Assembly (NCBI GenBank): GCA_902613995.1
Contig: CACMJG010000002.1
Coordinates: 74,922-138,921 of the forward strand
Direction: 5' to 3'
DNA from: an uncultured Alphaproteobacteria bacterium
Lineage (GTDB): Bacteria > Pseudomonadota > Alphaproteobacteria > Methylaequorales > Methylaequoraceae
DNA length: 64,000 bases
Shown here: piece after piece, positions 31,859 to 42,136 of the stretch
Numbering within the stretch: the first letter of the stretch is position 1
How the letters are laid out: each line of letters begins with the position of its first letter
The notes under the pieces: model-generated
Databases searched by the model: none
What the model saw: only the letters and a program-made list of their open reading frames with translations
What the model was told of the DNA's origin: nothing
Translations under genes and position numbers: made by a program

Positions 31859-32734
31859 TTAAACAGCTTCTGCACCAGAAATTATTTCAATTAACTCTTT
31901 TGTAATAAGAGCTTGTCTCGACCTGTTATAGAATAGTGTTAAATTGTCTATCATGTCATTTGCGTTTCTCGTTGCGTTATCCATTGCGGTCATTCTCGAT
32001 CCTTGCTCACTTGCTAGGTTTTCCAGGAGAGCAGTATGTATTTGTATTGCAATATTTTTAGGAATTATTTCATTCAAAATTTCCTCTTCACTTGGTTCAA
32101 AATCATAAGATTTATTTGAACTATTGTTATCGCTTGTTTCTAGTGCGTTTAGTGGGAGAAGCTTTAGAGATTGTACAGTTTGAGAAATTGCACTTTTGAA
32201 TTCGGTATATATTAAATAACATTCATCCATTGAATCATTTCGGAAAAGTTCCAAAATTTTATCTCGTAAAGAACTTGCTAACTCAAATTTAATAGACGGA
32301 TTAGCAATATCGGAAAATAAGTCCAGAATAGATTCACCGCAAAATCTCTGAAGAGATTGGTAAGCTTTCTTTCCTACAAATATGTAACTGACTTGCCCCC
32401 CATCATTAATTATTTTTTCTGATAGTTTTTTTGAAAATTTTATTATTGAACTATTGAATCCTCCGCATAACCCTCTGTCAGCAGAACAAACTATGAGCAG
32501 TATGTTTCTAGTTTTTTTTGTTTTTTTTTCTGAAAACTCAAATTCTTTTGATTTATTATTTTCAACCAAAGAATTTACAATATCACTCATTTTTCTTGCA
32601 TATGGTCTGGTTTTCTCTGCATTATCTTGTGCTTTTTTTAATTTAGCTGCTGCAACCATCTTCATTGCAGAGGTAATTTTTTTGGTTGACTTAACACTGG
32701 ATATTCTGTTTCTTAAATCTTTAAGACTTGGCAT
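31859..32734 (-). CDS. atpG: ATP synthase F1 gamma
   Basis: [28 protein letters not shown]. Confidence 0.97.
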   Translation of the reverse strand: MPSLKDLRNRISSVKSTKKITSAMKMVAAAKLKKAQDNAEKTRPYARKMSDIVNSLVENNKSKEFEFSEKKTKKTRNILLIVCSADRGLCGGFNSSIIKFSKKLSEKIINDGGQVSYIFVGKKAYQSLQRFCGESILDLFSDIANPSIKFELASSLRDKILELFRNDSMDECYLIYTEFKSAISQTVQSLKLLPLNALETSDNNSSNKSYDFEPSEEEILNEIIPKNIAIQIHTALLENLASEQGSRMTAMDNATRNANDMIDNLTLFYNRSRQALITKELIEIISGAEAV

Positions 32735-34271
32735 TGTTTTCCTCCAAAAACTCTTTTACTACTTTTTCAACGAAATTACCCAACTTACTGTCAAGTTCAT
32801 CGTTAATGCTCTGCTCTTTTTTAATAGATTCTAAAAGTTGTTTCCCTTCATTTCGAATTTTTTTTAAAAGATACTTTTCGAACCTTGTAATATCATTAAT
32901 AGAAATTTCATCAAGATGGCCTCTTACTCCTGAGAATATTACAACAACTTGTTCTTCAACTTTTAAAGGAGCATATTGTGGTTGTTTAAGTATTTCAGTT
33001 AACCTTCTTCCTCTTTCAAGTAGATTTCTCGTAGATTGGTCTAGATCAGATGCAAATTGCGAAAAAGCTTCCATTTCCCTAAATTGTGCCAGATCAAGTT
33101 TAATTGAACCTGAGACTTGTTTCATTGCTTTTATTTGGGCTGCAGATCCAACACGGCTCACAGATAAACCTACGTTCACGGCAGGTCTGATTCCTTTAAA
33201 AAACAGTTCGGTTTCTAAAAAGATTTGGCCGTCAGTTATTGAGATAACGTTCGTTGGAATATAAGCAGAAACGTCACCCGCTTGTGTTTCAATGACGGGT
33301 AGCGAAGTTAATGATCCCAAACCACTTTTTTCTCCCATCTTTGCAGCTCGTTCTAGTAATCTTGAATGAATGTAAAATACATCACCGGGGAAAGCTTCTC
33401 TTCCAGGTGGTCTTCTAAGTAAAAGAGACATTTGTCTATAGGCTACAGCTTGTTTAGATAAATCATCATAAAAAATTACAGCATGCATTCCATTGTCTCT
33501 GAAATATTCCCCCATGGCACAGCCTGTGTAAGGTGCGAGGAACTGAAGTGGAGCAGGATCAGACGCGGTTGCAGCAACCACAATAGAGTATTTCATTGCA
33601 TCATTATCTTCGAGGGTCTTTACTATCTGTGCAACTGTAGATCTTTTTTGTCCTATAGAAACATAAATACAATATAATTTTTTTGATTCATCATCTGAAT
33701 TGTTTATTTCTTTTTGATTTATTATTGTATCGACTATTACTGATGTTTTTCCGGTTTGACGGTCACCTATAATTAATTCGCGTTGACCTCGCCCAATTGG
33801 TATTAAGCTGTCTATTGCTTTTATTCCGGTTTGCATTGGTTCATGAACTGATTTTCTCGGAATAATGCCAGGTGCTTTTAATTCTGCACGCCTGTAAACG
33901 ACATCTTTAAGAGGACCTTTTCCATCAATAGGGTTTCCAAGTCCGTCAACAACTCTTCCTAATAAATCTTTTCCAGTTGGAACTTCAACAATTGAATTTG
34001 TTCTCTTAACAACGTCCCCCTCTTTGATGGATTTATCACTACCGAAAATAACAACTCCAACATTATCATCCTCTAAATTGAGGGCCATTCCTTTTACCTT
34101 TCCTGGAAATTCAACCATCTCTCCAGCTTGTACGTTGTCTAATCCATAAACTCTTGCAATACCGTCGCCTACTGTCAAAACGGTGCCAACCTCAGAAATG
34201 GTTGGATCGTTGTCAAGATTTTTGATTTCAGATTTTAATATCGCTGAGATTTCAGATGCATCAATTGTCAT
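32721..34271 (-). CDS. atpA: ATP synthase F1 alpha
   Basis: [24 protein letters not shown]. Confidence 0.98.
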   Translation of the reverse strand: MTIDASEISAILKSEIKNLDNDPTISEVGTVLTVGDGIARVYGLDNVQAGEMVEFPGKVKGMALNLEDDNVGVVIFGSDKSIKEGDVVKRTNSIVEVPTGKDLLGRVVDGLGNPIDGKGPLKDVVYRRAELKAPGIIPRKSVHEPMQTGIKAIDSLIPIGRGQRELIIGDRQTGKTSVIVDTIINQKEINNSDDESKKLYCIYVSIGQKRSTVAQIVKTLEDNDAMKYSIVVAATASDPAPLQFLAPYTGCAMGEYFRDNGMHAVIFYDDLSKQAVAYRQMSLLLRRPPGREAFPGDVFYIHSRLLERAAKMGEKSGLGSLTSLPVIETQAGDVSAYIPTNVISITDGQIFLETELFFKGIRPAVNVGLSVSRVGSAAQIKAMKQVSGSIKLDLAQFREMEAFSQFASDLDQSTRNLLERGRRLTEILKQPQYAPLKVEEQVVVIFSGVRGHLDEISINDITRFEKYLLKKIRNEGKQLLESIKKEQSINDELDSKLGNFVEKVVKEFLEENNAKS

Positions 34272-34286
34272 TAATTTTACCTTTCA

Positions 34287-34829
34287 TTAAATTTCAAATT
34301 CCGTTAGTTTTGACTTAATAGAATTATCAATCATTATAGACTTAATTTTAATTTTTATCCCCCCTATAATCTCTTTATCTATTATTTTTGTAAGCTTAAT
34401 TTTCAATTTTAAAGATTCAGACAGTTTTGTTTTTAATTTTTTTTCTACTTCTTTTTGTAAAGGTTCAGAGGTTGTGACAATTATTTCTGTTAAACCATCT
34501 TTTAAATCAATTATCCTTTTATATTCATTTAAAATTTTTTCTTGCAGATTTATTTTACCATGCTTTGTTAAAACACTAATAAAACCTTGGAAAAACTGAT
34601 TATATGAAAAAGACTTACAAATTTTTTTCAAAACAAATGACTTTTTTTGCGAGTTAATTAGAGGGTTTTTTATAAAAGTTGATAAATCGTCGGAAGTTCT
34701 TAAAACTTTATTAAAATGCTCGAAATTCTCAGAAATTATTTTTAATTCGTTCCTGTCTTCAGATGACATAATAAGAGCATTAGCATATCTTTTACAAATC
34801 TCGTTTATGTTTTCAACGTTTTTAGTCAA
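34287..34829 (-). CDS. atpH: ATP synthase F1 delta
   Basis: RYA.AL, NP, D..IIGG, ID.SIK; TTG start; operon position. Confidence 0.9.
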   Translation of the reverse strand: MTKNVENINEICKRYANALIMSSEDRNELKIISENFEHFNKVLRTSDDLSTFIKNPLINSQKKSFVLKKICKSFSYNQFFQGFISVLTKHGKINLQEKILNEYKRIIDLKDGLTEIIVTTSEPLQKEVEKKLKTKLSESLKLKIKLTKIIDKEIIGGIKIKIKSIMIDNSIKSKLTEFEI

Positions 34830-34894
34830 GTCTATATCTTAGATTAAAGTTTGTTATTAGCATAAGAAAAGTTTCTTATCAATATTTGAAATTA

Positions 34895-36874
34895 TTATAC
34901 AAAGTTTATTGGATCAACATCAATATATAATTTTAGACTAGTCGGACATTTAATATTAACAAAAAAGTTTTTAACTTTTTTTTGTAATGTTAAATTTTTA
35001 TTCATTTTTATTAAGATTTTATATCTGAAGAAAGAGTTTTTTTTGTAAAGAATTGCTGGGGCGGGACCAAATATTTCTATATTTTTAAAGTTGTCGTTAA
35101 TTTGTTTGTAAATTTTTTTTGAAAATTCAATAACAAGTTTTTCTTTTTTAGAAGAAAAAATTAATGACGTATAATTAGAATAGGGGGGTTGATTGTTCTG
35201 TTTTCTTGAGTTCAGTTCCCAATCTATAAAGAAATTATTATTTTTTTCCGTACATAGTTTGATTACAGGGTGATCCGGTTGCAAGGTTTGAATTAATACT
35301 TCACCATGTAGATTCTTTCTTCCGGCTCTTCCTCCAACTTGAACGATTTGTTGAAAAGTTTTTTCATATGACCTAAAGTCAAAATCATTCATCAAATTGT
35401 CTATATTGATGATTCCAACAGTTTTTAAGGATGGGAAGTTATGACCTTTGGATATAAGCTGAGTTCCTATTATAATATTTACTTTGTTTGAAACAATATC
35501 TGAAACAACGTTTTGAAATTTGGACGAACTGCTTATGATGTCGCTAGATAAAATGCATTTTTTTGCAACTGGAAATTTGTTTGATATAACTTCTGCGATT
35601 TTTTCAATACCCAAACCTGGAAAAATAAAAGTATTTTTTTGTTCACAAGAGGGACACAAATTATTAAATACCTCTTTGTGGTTGCAGTGATGACAAAGTA
35701 GATAACTTTTATTTTTAGAATGATTATGAAGTGCTAAAGATGTATTACAACTTTCGCAAACCTTCGAGTACCCACAATTTTTACATATTATGAATGGAGA
35801 ATATCCTCTTTTATTAATAAAGATTAAAGTTTGATGATTACTTTCAATATTTTTTTGTATTGAATTTGAAAGTTCATTGGAAATGATGCAATTTTCTTTT
35901 TTCATATCAATTATTTTAAAAACTGGAAGTTGAACGTTATTTACTCTTCTATAAAGTTTAAAATACTCATATTTTTTTAACTTTGAATTATGCGATGATT
36001 CCAATGAAGGAGTAGCTGAGCTTAAGATGACCATACAATTGGCGTTTTTTGCTCTGACTACCGAAAAATCCCTGGCGTTGATTATCAATTGCTCCTCTTG
36101 CTTATATGAACTATCATGTTCTTCGTCAATCACAATTAAACCAAGTTTATTGAAGGGTAGGAAGAGAGCAGACCTTGTTCCTATAATGAGTTTTTCTTCA
36201 TTCAAATTTACTTTTCCCCAAATTTCTTCTCTTATCTTTTTTTTAATAGATGAATGATAAACAGTGGGATTAATATCAAAATCATTTTTGATATCCTCTA
36301 CCCATTGAGTTGTAAGTATTATCTCTGGTACCAAAATTAAACACTGATATCCTTTGTTAATTACTTCTCTGACTTTGTGAAAATAAACTCTGGTTTTACC
36401 TGAACCTGTAACTCCTTCTAAAAGAATTACTTTAAATTTTTTGAATGTTATTTCGTCTATTTTGTGCACAACTTCCTCTTGATTTGAATTAAGTTTTAGT
36501 TTTTTTTCTTTAAATTTTTTAATGACTTTATTTTGCTTTAAATAGGTTTTAGATTCTCTCATTGGAAAATTTGATAAGAACATTTTTAAAATCATTGATG
36601 ATTGATTGCAGCTGTATTGTGAAATGAAATCTATGCTTTTCATAATTTCATTATTAAAGGATAAAGGATGAAGTACTTTATTAATTTCTTTAAGTGGTTT
36701 TTTTAAGGATGTTGATTTTATCAAATTGATTACAACACCAACAAGCACTTTGTTTTTAAAGTTTACCTCGACAAGAGCACCTTTAACGACAGCTTTGTGC
36801 GCTTCATTAGACTTTACTCCAGTATAATAAAAAGTTTTTTTAATTGGAAGAGGCAATAAAACTTCAAAAATCAT
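34895..36874 (-). CDS. priA: Primosomal protein N' helicase
   Basis: GVTGSGKT, DEEHD, SATPS, four CxxC pairs, KGHNFP, GRAGR, DVDP. Confidence 0.95.
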   Translation of the reverse strand: MIFEVLLPLPIKKTFYYTGVKSNEAHKAVVKGALVEVNFKNKVLVGVVINLIKSTSLKKPLKEINKVLHPLSFNNEIMKSIDFISQYSCNQSSMILKMFLSNFPMRESKTYLKQNKVIKKFKEKKLKLNSNQEEVVHKIDEITFKKFKVILLEGVTGSGKTRVYFHKVREVINKGYQCLILVPEIILTTQWVEDIKNDFDINPTVYHSSIKKKIREEIWGKVNLNEEKLIIGTRSALFLPFNKLGLIVIDEEHDSSYKQEEQLIINARDFSVVRAKNANCMVILSSATPSLESSHNSKLKKYEYFKLYRRVNNVQLPVFKIIDMKKENCIISNELSNSIQKNIESNHQTLIFINKRGYSPFIICKNCGYSKVCESCNTSLALHNHSKNKSYLLCHHCNHKEVFNNLCPSCEQKNTFIFPGLGIEKIAEVISNKFPVAKKCILSSDIISSSSKFQNVVSDIVSNKVNIIIGTQLISKGHNFPSLKTVGIINIDNLMNDFDFRSYEKTFQQIVQVGGRAGRKNLHGEVLIQTLQPDHPVIKLCTEKNNNFFIDWELNSRKQNNQPPYSNYTSLIFSSKKEKLVIEFSKKIYKQINDNFKNIEIFGPAPAILYKKNSFFRYKILIKMNKNLTLQKKVKNFFVNIKCPTSLKLYIDVDPINFV

Positions 36875-36943
36875 ATAAAAATTATAACAAAATTTTTTAT
36901 CAATATATTGTTTAATATGTTTAATGAAATATGATTGTGTCTA

Positions 36944-37603
36944 ATGATTAGAAAAAAAATTAAAAATGAACAAGTCCTTGACTTTCTTGAAAAAAATCCA
37001 GATTTTTTTATTAACAATCCAAATGCATTAGAAAAAATTAATTTTCCATTAAAAAATAATGCTGAATACGATGATAAATCAAAAGTTGTTCCTTTCAAAG
37101 ATTGGATTATTGAAAATTTAAAAGATGTTCAAAAAAATATTATAGAAAATGCTCACCACAACTTTTTAACTCAACAAAAAATACATGAGGCTGTAATAAA
37201 AATTCTCAGAATTGATAACGTCAAAGATGTATTTGTTTTTTTGAAAGATGGTTTGCCAAGTAAATTTGATCTAGAGATAATTAATATCGTTACAAGCAAT
37301 AAAATTATTTCAAAAAAATATAATCTTATTTATAAAAATGAAGAAACAATAAAAAAAGTCTATGGGAAAAAAAATCAACTAATAATGGATGCTGTTGATA
37401 ATCAATTACAAATATTTGAAGAATTTAATCAAGATATTTACTCGAATGCCATTTATTCTCTAGGTCACGAATTCTTTGTGAGCTCTTCTCTGTTAGTTTT
37501 TGGAAGTAAAGACAAACATTTTTTGAATAATAAAGCCTACGATTTTATTTTATTTTTTTCGAATATTGTTGAAGAAAAACTTAAACAATTTTCAGATGAA
37601 TAA
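36944..37603 (+). CDS. DUF484-family protein
   Basis: V.DFL..NPDFF N-terminus, LLVFGS.D..F; upstream of xerC; ATG 36944. Confidence 0.8.
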   Translation: MIRKKIKNEQVLDFLEKNPDFFINNPNALEKINFPLKNNAEYDDKSKVVPFKDWIIENLKDVQKNIIENAHHNFLTQQKIHEAVIKILRIDNVKDVFVFLKDGLPSKFDLEIINIVTSNKIISKKYNLIYKNEETIKKVYGKKNQLIMDAVDNQLQIFEEFNQDIYSNAIYSLGHEFFVSSSLLVFGSKDKHFLNNKAYDFILFFSNIVEEKLKQFSDE

Positions 37604-38504
37604 ACAAATAAAAAAAATTTTTGATAATTGGAAATCATGGATAGAAAATGAGAAAAGACTTGCTTTTAATACGTCTCAGTCTTACTGCATTGATTTACAA
37701 TCTTTTTTAAATTTTTTGAGTAATCACAATAATTTAAATATTGACCTAAAAATAATTATTAATGTGGATGAGGATGATCTCTCTGGCTGGTTTTATGAAA
37801 GGTTAAAAAAAGGATGTAGTCATAGATCTAACGCGAGAGCTTTATCTTCATTAAAAAGTTTTTTTACTTTTCTAATTACAAAAAAAATAATTCAAAGTTC
37901 AAAAATATTCAGAATTAAAGGACCAAGATTTTTAGAGTCTTTGCCTAGGCCTTTGACTGAAAGTCAAACATTAAAACTTTTGGATGATATAAAAACTGAG
38001 AAAGATAAGTGGATTATGATGAGAAACCTCTCAGTGTTAGTTCTCATGTGGGGATATGGTTTAAGAATCAGTGAAGCACTTAACTTAAAATTAAAGGATA
38101 CTTATATGGAGGACATAAGAATTATAGGAAAAGGGGGGAAAGTTAGAACAATACCAATAGCAACAGAAATTCAAATTTTTATAAAAAAAATGATTAAAGA
38201 ATGTCCTTATGAGTTTAAGCCAGATGACTTTATTTTTTTGGGAAAAAAAGGAGGAAAATTAAAGCCAGAGATAATTCAAAGACTGGTTAGAAAAATTCGA
38301 TATAGGTTGGTATTACCTGAGAACACAACTCCTCATTCTTTGCGACATACTTTTGCTACAGAACTTTTACAAAATTTTGTAGATTTGAGATCGATTCAAG
38401 AACTTCTTGGTCATTCTTCATTATCTACTACTCAAAAGTACACTTCTGTAAACAAGGATTACTTGCGAGAGATCCTTGAAAAAAATCATCCAAGTACAGA
38501 TTAG
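37596..38504 (+). CDS. xerC: Tyrosine recombinase XerC
   Basis: GLRISE, GKGGK.R, PHSLRHTFAT, LGHSSLSTTQ.Y; priA/DUF484 synteny; ATG 37596. Confidence 0.88.
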   Translation: MNKQIKKIFDNWKSWIENEKRLAFNTSQSYCIDLQSFLNFLSNHNNLNIDLKIIINVDEDDLSGWFYERLKKGCSHRSNARALSSLKSFFTFLITKKIIQSSKIFRIKGPRFLESLPRPLTESQTLKLLDDIKTEKDKWIMMRNLSVLVLMWGYGLRISEALNLKLKDTYMEDIRIIGKGGKVRTIPIATEIQIFIKKMIKECPYEFKPDDFIFLGKKGGKLKPEIIQRLVRKIRYRLVLPENTTPHSLRHTFATELLQNFVDLRSIQELLGHSSLSTTQKYTSVNKDYLREILEKNHPSTD

Positions 38505-38505
38505 T

Positions 38506-39030
38506 TTATGAAGTTTCGTATCTAAAGGTGAGTTTCATCTCACCGGCAACTTTTACCATTTGTGACAAGCATTGAGGAGCGTTTTCATCTCTTATAGATA
38601 TAGCGAATCTACAAATATATTGGGTTTTTTCACTGAAAGTGATTTTTTCAGTATTCATTCTTATTATCAAAGCATTATTTTCATTAAGCGTCTTGATTAT
38701 TTTGTTAAGAAGACCCTTTTGATCTTCGCCGGATAATACCACGCGATGGGTAATTTTTGTCGTCGGTCCACCGTCAGAAAAAGCTTCTAAAGGTTTTACT
38801 TGGAAATCGCCATTTTTAGCTGATTGAAGTTTCTCAAGCTCGGACCTTATTTCGTTAATTTCTATTTTTTCTGATTTGTGGTAAACCATTGTCAACTCAC
38901 ATACCCTTCCAAGTGTAGCAAATGTAACTCCAGAAAATTCACCACCTTTATCTGTAAGGTAAGAAGTTATTTCTGATATTAGGTTTGGTTTGTTTTCACC
39001 AAGAAAGGAAATTATTGCACTTGAACCCAT
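38506..39030 (-). CDS. Double ACT-domain protein (GcvR-like)
   Basis: Two ACT-type starts (ISFLGENKPNLISEIT and VLSGEDQKGLLNKI); 174 aa. Confidence 0.75.
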   Translation of the reverse strand: MGSSAIISFLGENKPNLISEITSYLTDKGGEFSGVTFATLGRVCELTMVYHKSEKIEINEIRSELEKLQSAKNGDFQVKPLEAFSDGGPTTKITHRVVLSGEDQKGLLNKIIKTLNENNALIIRMNTEKITFSEKTQYICRFAISIRDENAPQCLSQMVKVAGEMKLTFRYETS

Positions 39031-39032
39031 TT

Positions 39033-39908
39033 TTAAATTTTCATAGCCTTTCTCATAGCATCTCCAATAGAAGTAATGGTATCAGCAACAGTAACGCCTG
39101 CAGATTTTAAAGCTTCTTTTTTTGCATCTGCGGTTTCTGCGCCACTATTAACAATTGCTCCAGCATGACCTAACTTTCTACCTTTTGGAGCAGCCGCACC
39201 AGCAACAAATGCTGCAACTGGTTTTTTTGTTTTTCCACTCCAAGATTTTATAAACTCTGCTCCATCGATTTCAGCTGTTCCACCTATTTCTCCTATTAAA
39301 ACAATTCCGTCTGTTTCTTCGTCATCTAAAAACAACTCTAAGGCATCAACAAAATTTGTACCATTAACGGGGTCTCCACCTATACCAATTATCGTTGATT
39401 GTCCTAATTCTGATGTTTGAACAGCTGATTCATACGACAATGTTCCAGATCTAGAAACTACCCCAATTCTTCCAGGTTTACAAATATGCCCTGGAATAAT
39501 TCCAATTTTTCCAATTCCAGGAGTTAGTACACCTGGACAATTAGGTCCGACTAACCTTGTCTTACACCCTTTCATCTCTCTTTTTACTCTTTGCATATCG
39601 CTAGTAGGAATTCCGTCTGTAATACAAACAACCAAATCAAGTTCTGCTTCAACTGCTTCAAGTATTGCGTCAGCTGCAAAAGGAGGAGGAACAAAAACAC
39701 CACTTGCATTACATCCAGTTTTTTTTTTGGCTTCTGCGACTGTATTGAACACAGGAACATTAAGGTGTTTGGTACCACCTTTTTCAGGTGTAACACCACC
39801 AACAATATTGGTGTTATAATCTATTGCTCTTTCTGAATGAAATGTTCCCTGAGCCCCTGTAAATCCCTGACAGATAACTTTAGATTCTTTTGTTAGTAGA
39901 ACAGCCAT
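39033..39908 (-). CDS. sucD: Succinate-CoA ligase alpha subunit family (divergent)
   Basis: QGFTG.QGTFH, GPNCPG, SRSGTL, GIGGDP, GHAGA phospho-His. Confidence 0.8.
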   Translation of the reverse strand: MAVLLTKESKVICQGFTGAQGTFHSERAIDYNTNIVGGVTPEKGGTKHLNVPVFNTVAEAKKKTGCNASGVFVPPPFAADAILEAVEAELDLVVCITDGIPTSDMQRVKREMKGCKTRLVGPNCPGVLTPGIGKIGIIPGHICKPGRIGVVSRSGTLSYESAVQTSELGQSTIIGIGGDPVNGTNFVDALELFLDDEETDGIVLIGEIGGTAEIDGAEFIKSWSGKTKKPVAAFVAGAAAPKGRKLGHAGAIVNSGAETADAKKEALKSAGVTVADTITSIGDAMRKAMKI

Positions 39909-41077
39909 TATCTATTTTCCTTAACCATTTTTACAACATCTTGTGCAGCTTGTTCCATAGTATCAACAGGTTTAATTGGAAATCCAGAATTTATTAGTAT
40001 TTCTTTACCCATATCTACGTTTGTTCCCTCAAGTCTAACTACTAGCGGTTTATTCAGTCCAACTTCTTTTGAAGCATTTACGAGCCCAGTTGCTATGTCG
40101 TTACACCTCATCATTCCACCAAAAATATTTATTAAAATACCCTGAACATCTGGATCTTTATAAATAAGTTTAAAGGCAGCTGCAACTCTTTCGGGTGTCG
40201 CAGCACCTGCAACATCCATAAAGTTTGCAGCTTCTCCTCCATAATATTTAATAATATCCATAGTAGCCATTGACAACCCCGCTCCATTAACCATTAACCC
40301 TATATTTCCATCCAATTTTACGTAATTTAAATCATGACGTGCTGCTTCTAACTCTAACGGGTCATACTCATTTTCATCTTTCATTTCTGCTACAACTCTT
40401 TGTCTGTAAAGTGCGTTATCATCGAAAGAAGCTTTGCAATCTAGAATTACTACATCTTCATTTTTTGTAACAGCAAACGGATTTATTTCAATCATAGCAG
40501 CATCCAGTGATACGAATGCTTTATAAATTGAGAGTATATTTTTTTGAGCTTTTTTAGCGACTGCTCCTTTTAGACCAAGATTATAAACTATCGTTCTTGC
40601 ATGATGGGTAAGCAAATCAGAACCTGGAGCAATTTTCATGTTATGTATTTCATCAGGAGTTTTCTCTGATACCTCTTCAATATTTACTCCGCCTTTTCTG
40701 GAATAAATAATAGTGTTTCCTCCTGTTTCTCTATCTACTGTGATACATAGATAAAGTTCTTTTTGGATGTCGTACCCTTTTTCTAAATAAACTCTTCTTA
40801 CTGTTTTTCCTGATTCTAAGGTTTGAGGTGTAATGATTTTCATTCCAATCATTTTGTCAACTGTTTTTACAACTTCTTCGTCTCCAGAACACACTTTGAT
40901 GCCCCCAGCTTTTCCTCTACCTCCAGCATGAACCTGAGCCTTTACAACAATTTTATCTTCGTTAAGCCAAGATACAATATTTTCCGCTTCGTGTGTTTGA
41001 TACACGACTTCTCCAGGAGGGATATTTACTCCAAATTTAGAAAGCAGTTGCTTTGCCTGATATTCGTGAATGTCCAT
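39908..41077 (-). CDS. sucC: Succinate-CoA ligase beta subunit family (divergent)
   Basis: [40 protein letters not shown]. Confidence 0.8.
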   Translation of the reverse strand: MDIHEYQAKQLLSKFGVNIPPGEVVYQTHEAENIVSWLNEDKIVVKAQVHAGGRGKAGGIKVCSGDEEVVKTVDKMIGMKIITPQTLESGKTVRRVYLEKGYDIQKELYLCITVDRETGGNTIIYSRKGGVNIEEVSEKTPDEIHNMKIAPGSDLLTHHARTIVYNLGLKGAVAKKAQKNILSIYKAFVSLDAAMIEINPFAVTKNEDVVILDCKASFDDNALYRQRVVAEMKDENEYDPLELEAARHDLNYVKLDGNIGLMVNGAGLSMATMDIIKYYGGEAANFMDVAGAATPERVAAAFKLIYKDPDVQGILINIFGGMMRCNDIATGLVNASKEVGLNKPLVVRLEGTNVDMGKEILINSGFPIKPVDTMEQAAQDVVKMVKENR

Positions 41078-41121
41078 TCTTTAATTTCCAAAATTTAATA
41101 AATCTAAAGCATTTCAATTTG

Positions 41122-41140
41122 TTACATAATTATTACATAA
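41122..41140 (-). promoter_or_regulatory. 11-bp-period direct repeat TTATGTAA-N3-TTATGTAA upstream of sucC, candidate OmpR/PhoB-family site
   Basis: Exact 8-mers at 41122-41129 and 41133-41140 in the 90-bp mdh-sucC gap. Confidence 0.4.
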
Positions 41141-41167
41141 GCGGCTAGCATATTTGAATTTAAAGGA

Positions 41168-42115
41168 TTACACCAGTAATTTTTTACATTTTTTTACCAA
41201 TTGCTCAACAGCCTCAACTGATTTTTGAAATTCTTTTTTGGATTGATTTGATAAATCCAGTTCAATGATTTTTTCAATACCTTTTTCCCCTATTATCACT
41301 GGTACACCAACAAAGAGTCCTTTTACTCCATATTCCCCATTTAAAAAAGCAGAACAAGGTAATATTTTTCTTTGGTCGTAAAGATAAGATTCAAGCATTT
41401 CTACAGCACTGCATGCAGGTGAATAGAAAGCTGAACTATTTTTCATTAATGACACAACCTCCCCCCCTCCGTTTCGTGTTCTATCAACAATTTGTTCTAA
41501 TTTTTCTTTTTTAATATTACTTCTTTCAATAAATTTTTTAATTGGAATACCTCCAACAGAAGTAAAATCCAAAAGAGGTACCATTGTGTCTCCGTGTCCT
41601 CCAAGAACCATTGTTTGAATACTTTCTACAGAAATATTTAACTCTTGTGATAAGAAAAATCTAAATCTGGCTGAGTCTAAAATTCCTGCCATCCCTGTGA
41701 TCATATTTGGTTTTATTCCTGAAATCTCCCTTAAACTCCATACCATCGCATCTAAAGGATTTGTTACACAAATAACAAATGACGATGGAGAAAATTTCTT
41801 AATAGCTTTTCCTATTTCATTCATGATAGAAAAATTTGTTTCTATTAAATCATCTCGGCTCATACCTGGTTTTCTTGCAATCCCAGCTGTTATAATGATC
41901 ACTGCACTATCTTTAATTGCTGAAATGTCAGTTGTTCCCTCGATTTTTATGTTTAGATTCTCAATTGGAAGACTCTGGGAGAGGTCAAGACACTTTCCTT
42001 TTGCAAGACCCTCCACCACATCAACCATTGTTATAGGACCAATTTGTTTACGACTTAAGTTGTAGGCTAATATTGTCCCAATATTTCCAGCGCCTATTAG
42101 ACTGATTTTGTTCAA
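41168..42115 (-). CDS. mdh: Malate dehydrogenase (LDH-like)
   Basis: GAGNIG, RKPGMSRDDL, NPLD, LDSARF, GGHGD; TTG start. Confidence 0.95.
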   Translation of the reverse strand: MNKISLIGAGNIGTILAYNLSRKQIGPITMVDVVEGLAKGKCLDLSQSLPIENLNIKIEGTTDISAIKDSAVIIITAGIARKPGMSRDDLIETNFSIMNEIGKAIKKFSPSSFVICVTNPLDAMVWSLREISGIKPNMITGMAGILDSARFRFFLSQELNISVESIQTMVLGGHGDTMVPLLDFTSVGGIPIKKFIERSNIKKEKLEQIVDRTRNGGGEVVSLMKNSSAFYSPACSAVEMLESYLYDQRKILPCSAFLNGEYGVKGLFVGVPVIIGEKGIEKIIELDLSNQSKKEFQKSVEAVEQLVKKCKKLLV

Positions 42116-42136
42116 AATTCCACCTTTGATAAGATT

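Noticed and set aside
34895..36874. Short PriA (659 aa), apparently lacking much of the winged-helix region
   Set aside because: All helicase and zinc motifs are intact, and similarly short PriA proteins occur in reduced alphaproteobacterial genomes.
37596..38504. Tyrosine recombinase as the integrase of a mobile element
   Set aside because: It sits in the housekeeping priA/DUF484/xerC context with no tRNA, att repeats or cargo genes.
39033..41077. Firm call as malate thiokinase (mtkAB)
   Set aside because: It lacks the MtkA FAGINRCD loop and lies in the canonical mdh-sucCD position, so it is kept as a divergent SucCD-like ligase.
41117..41147. dif site near xerC (TTATGTAA resembles a XerD arm)
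   Set aside because: No convincing XerC arm at the 6-bp spacing; the element is a direct repeat rather than an inverted one.
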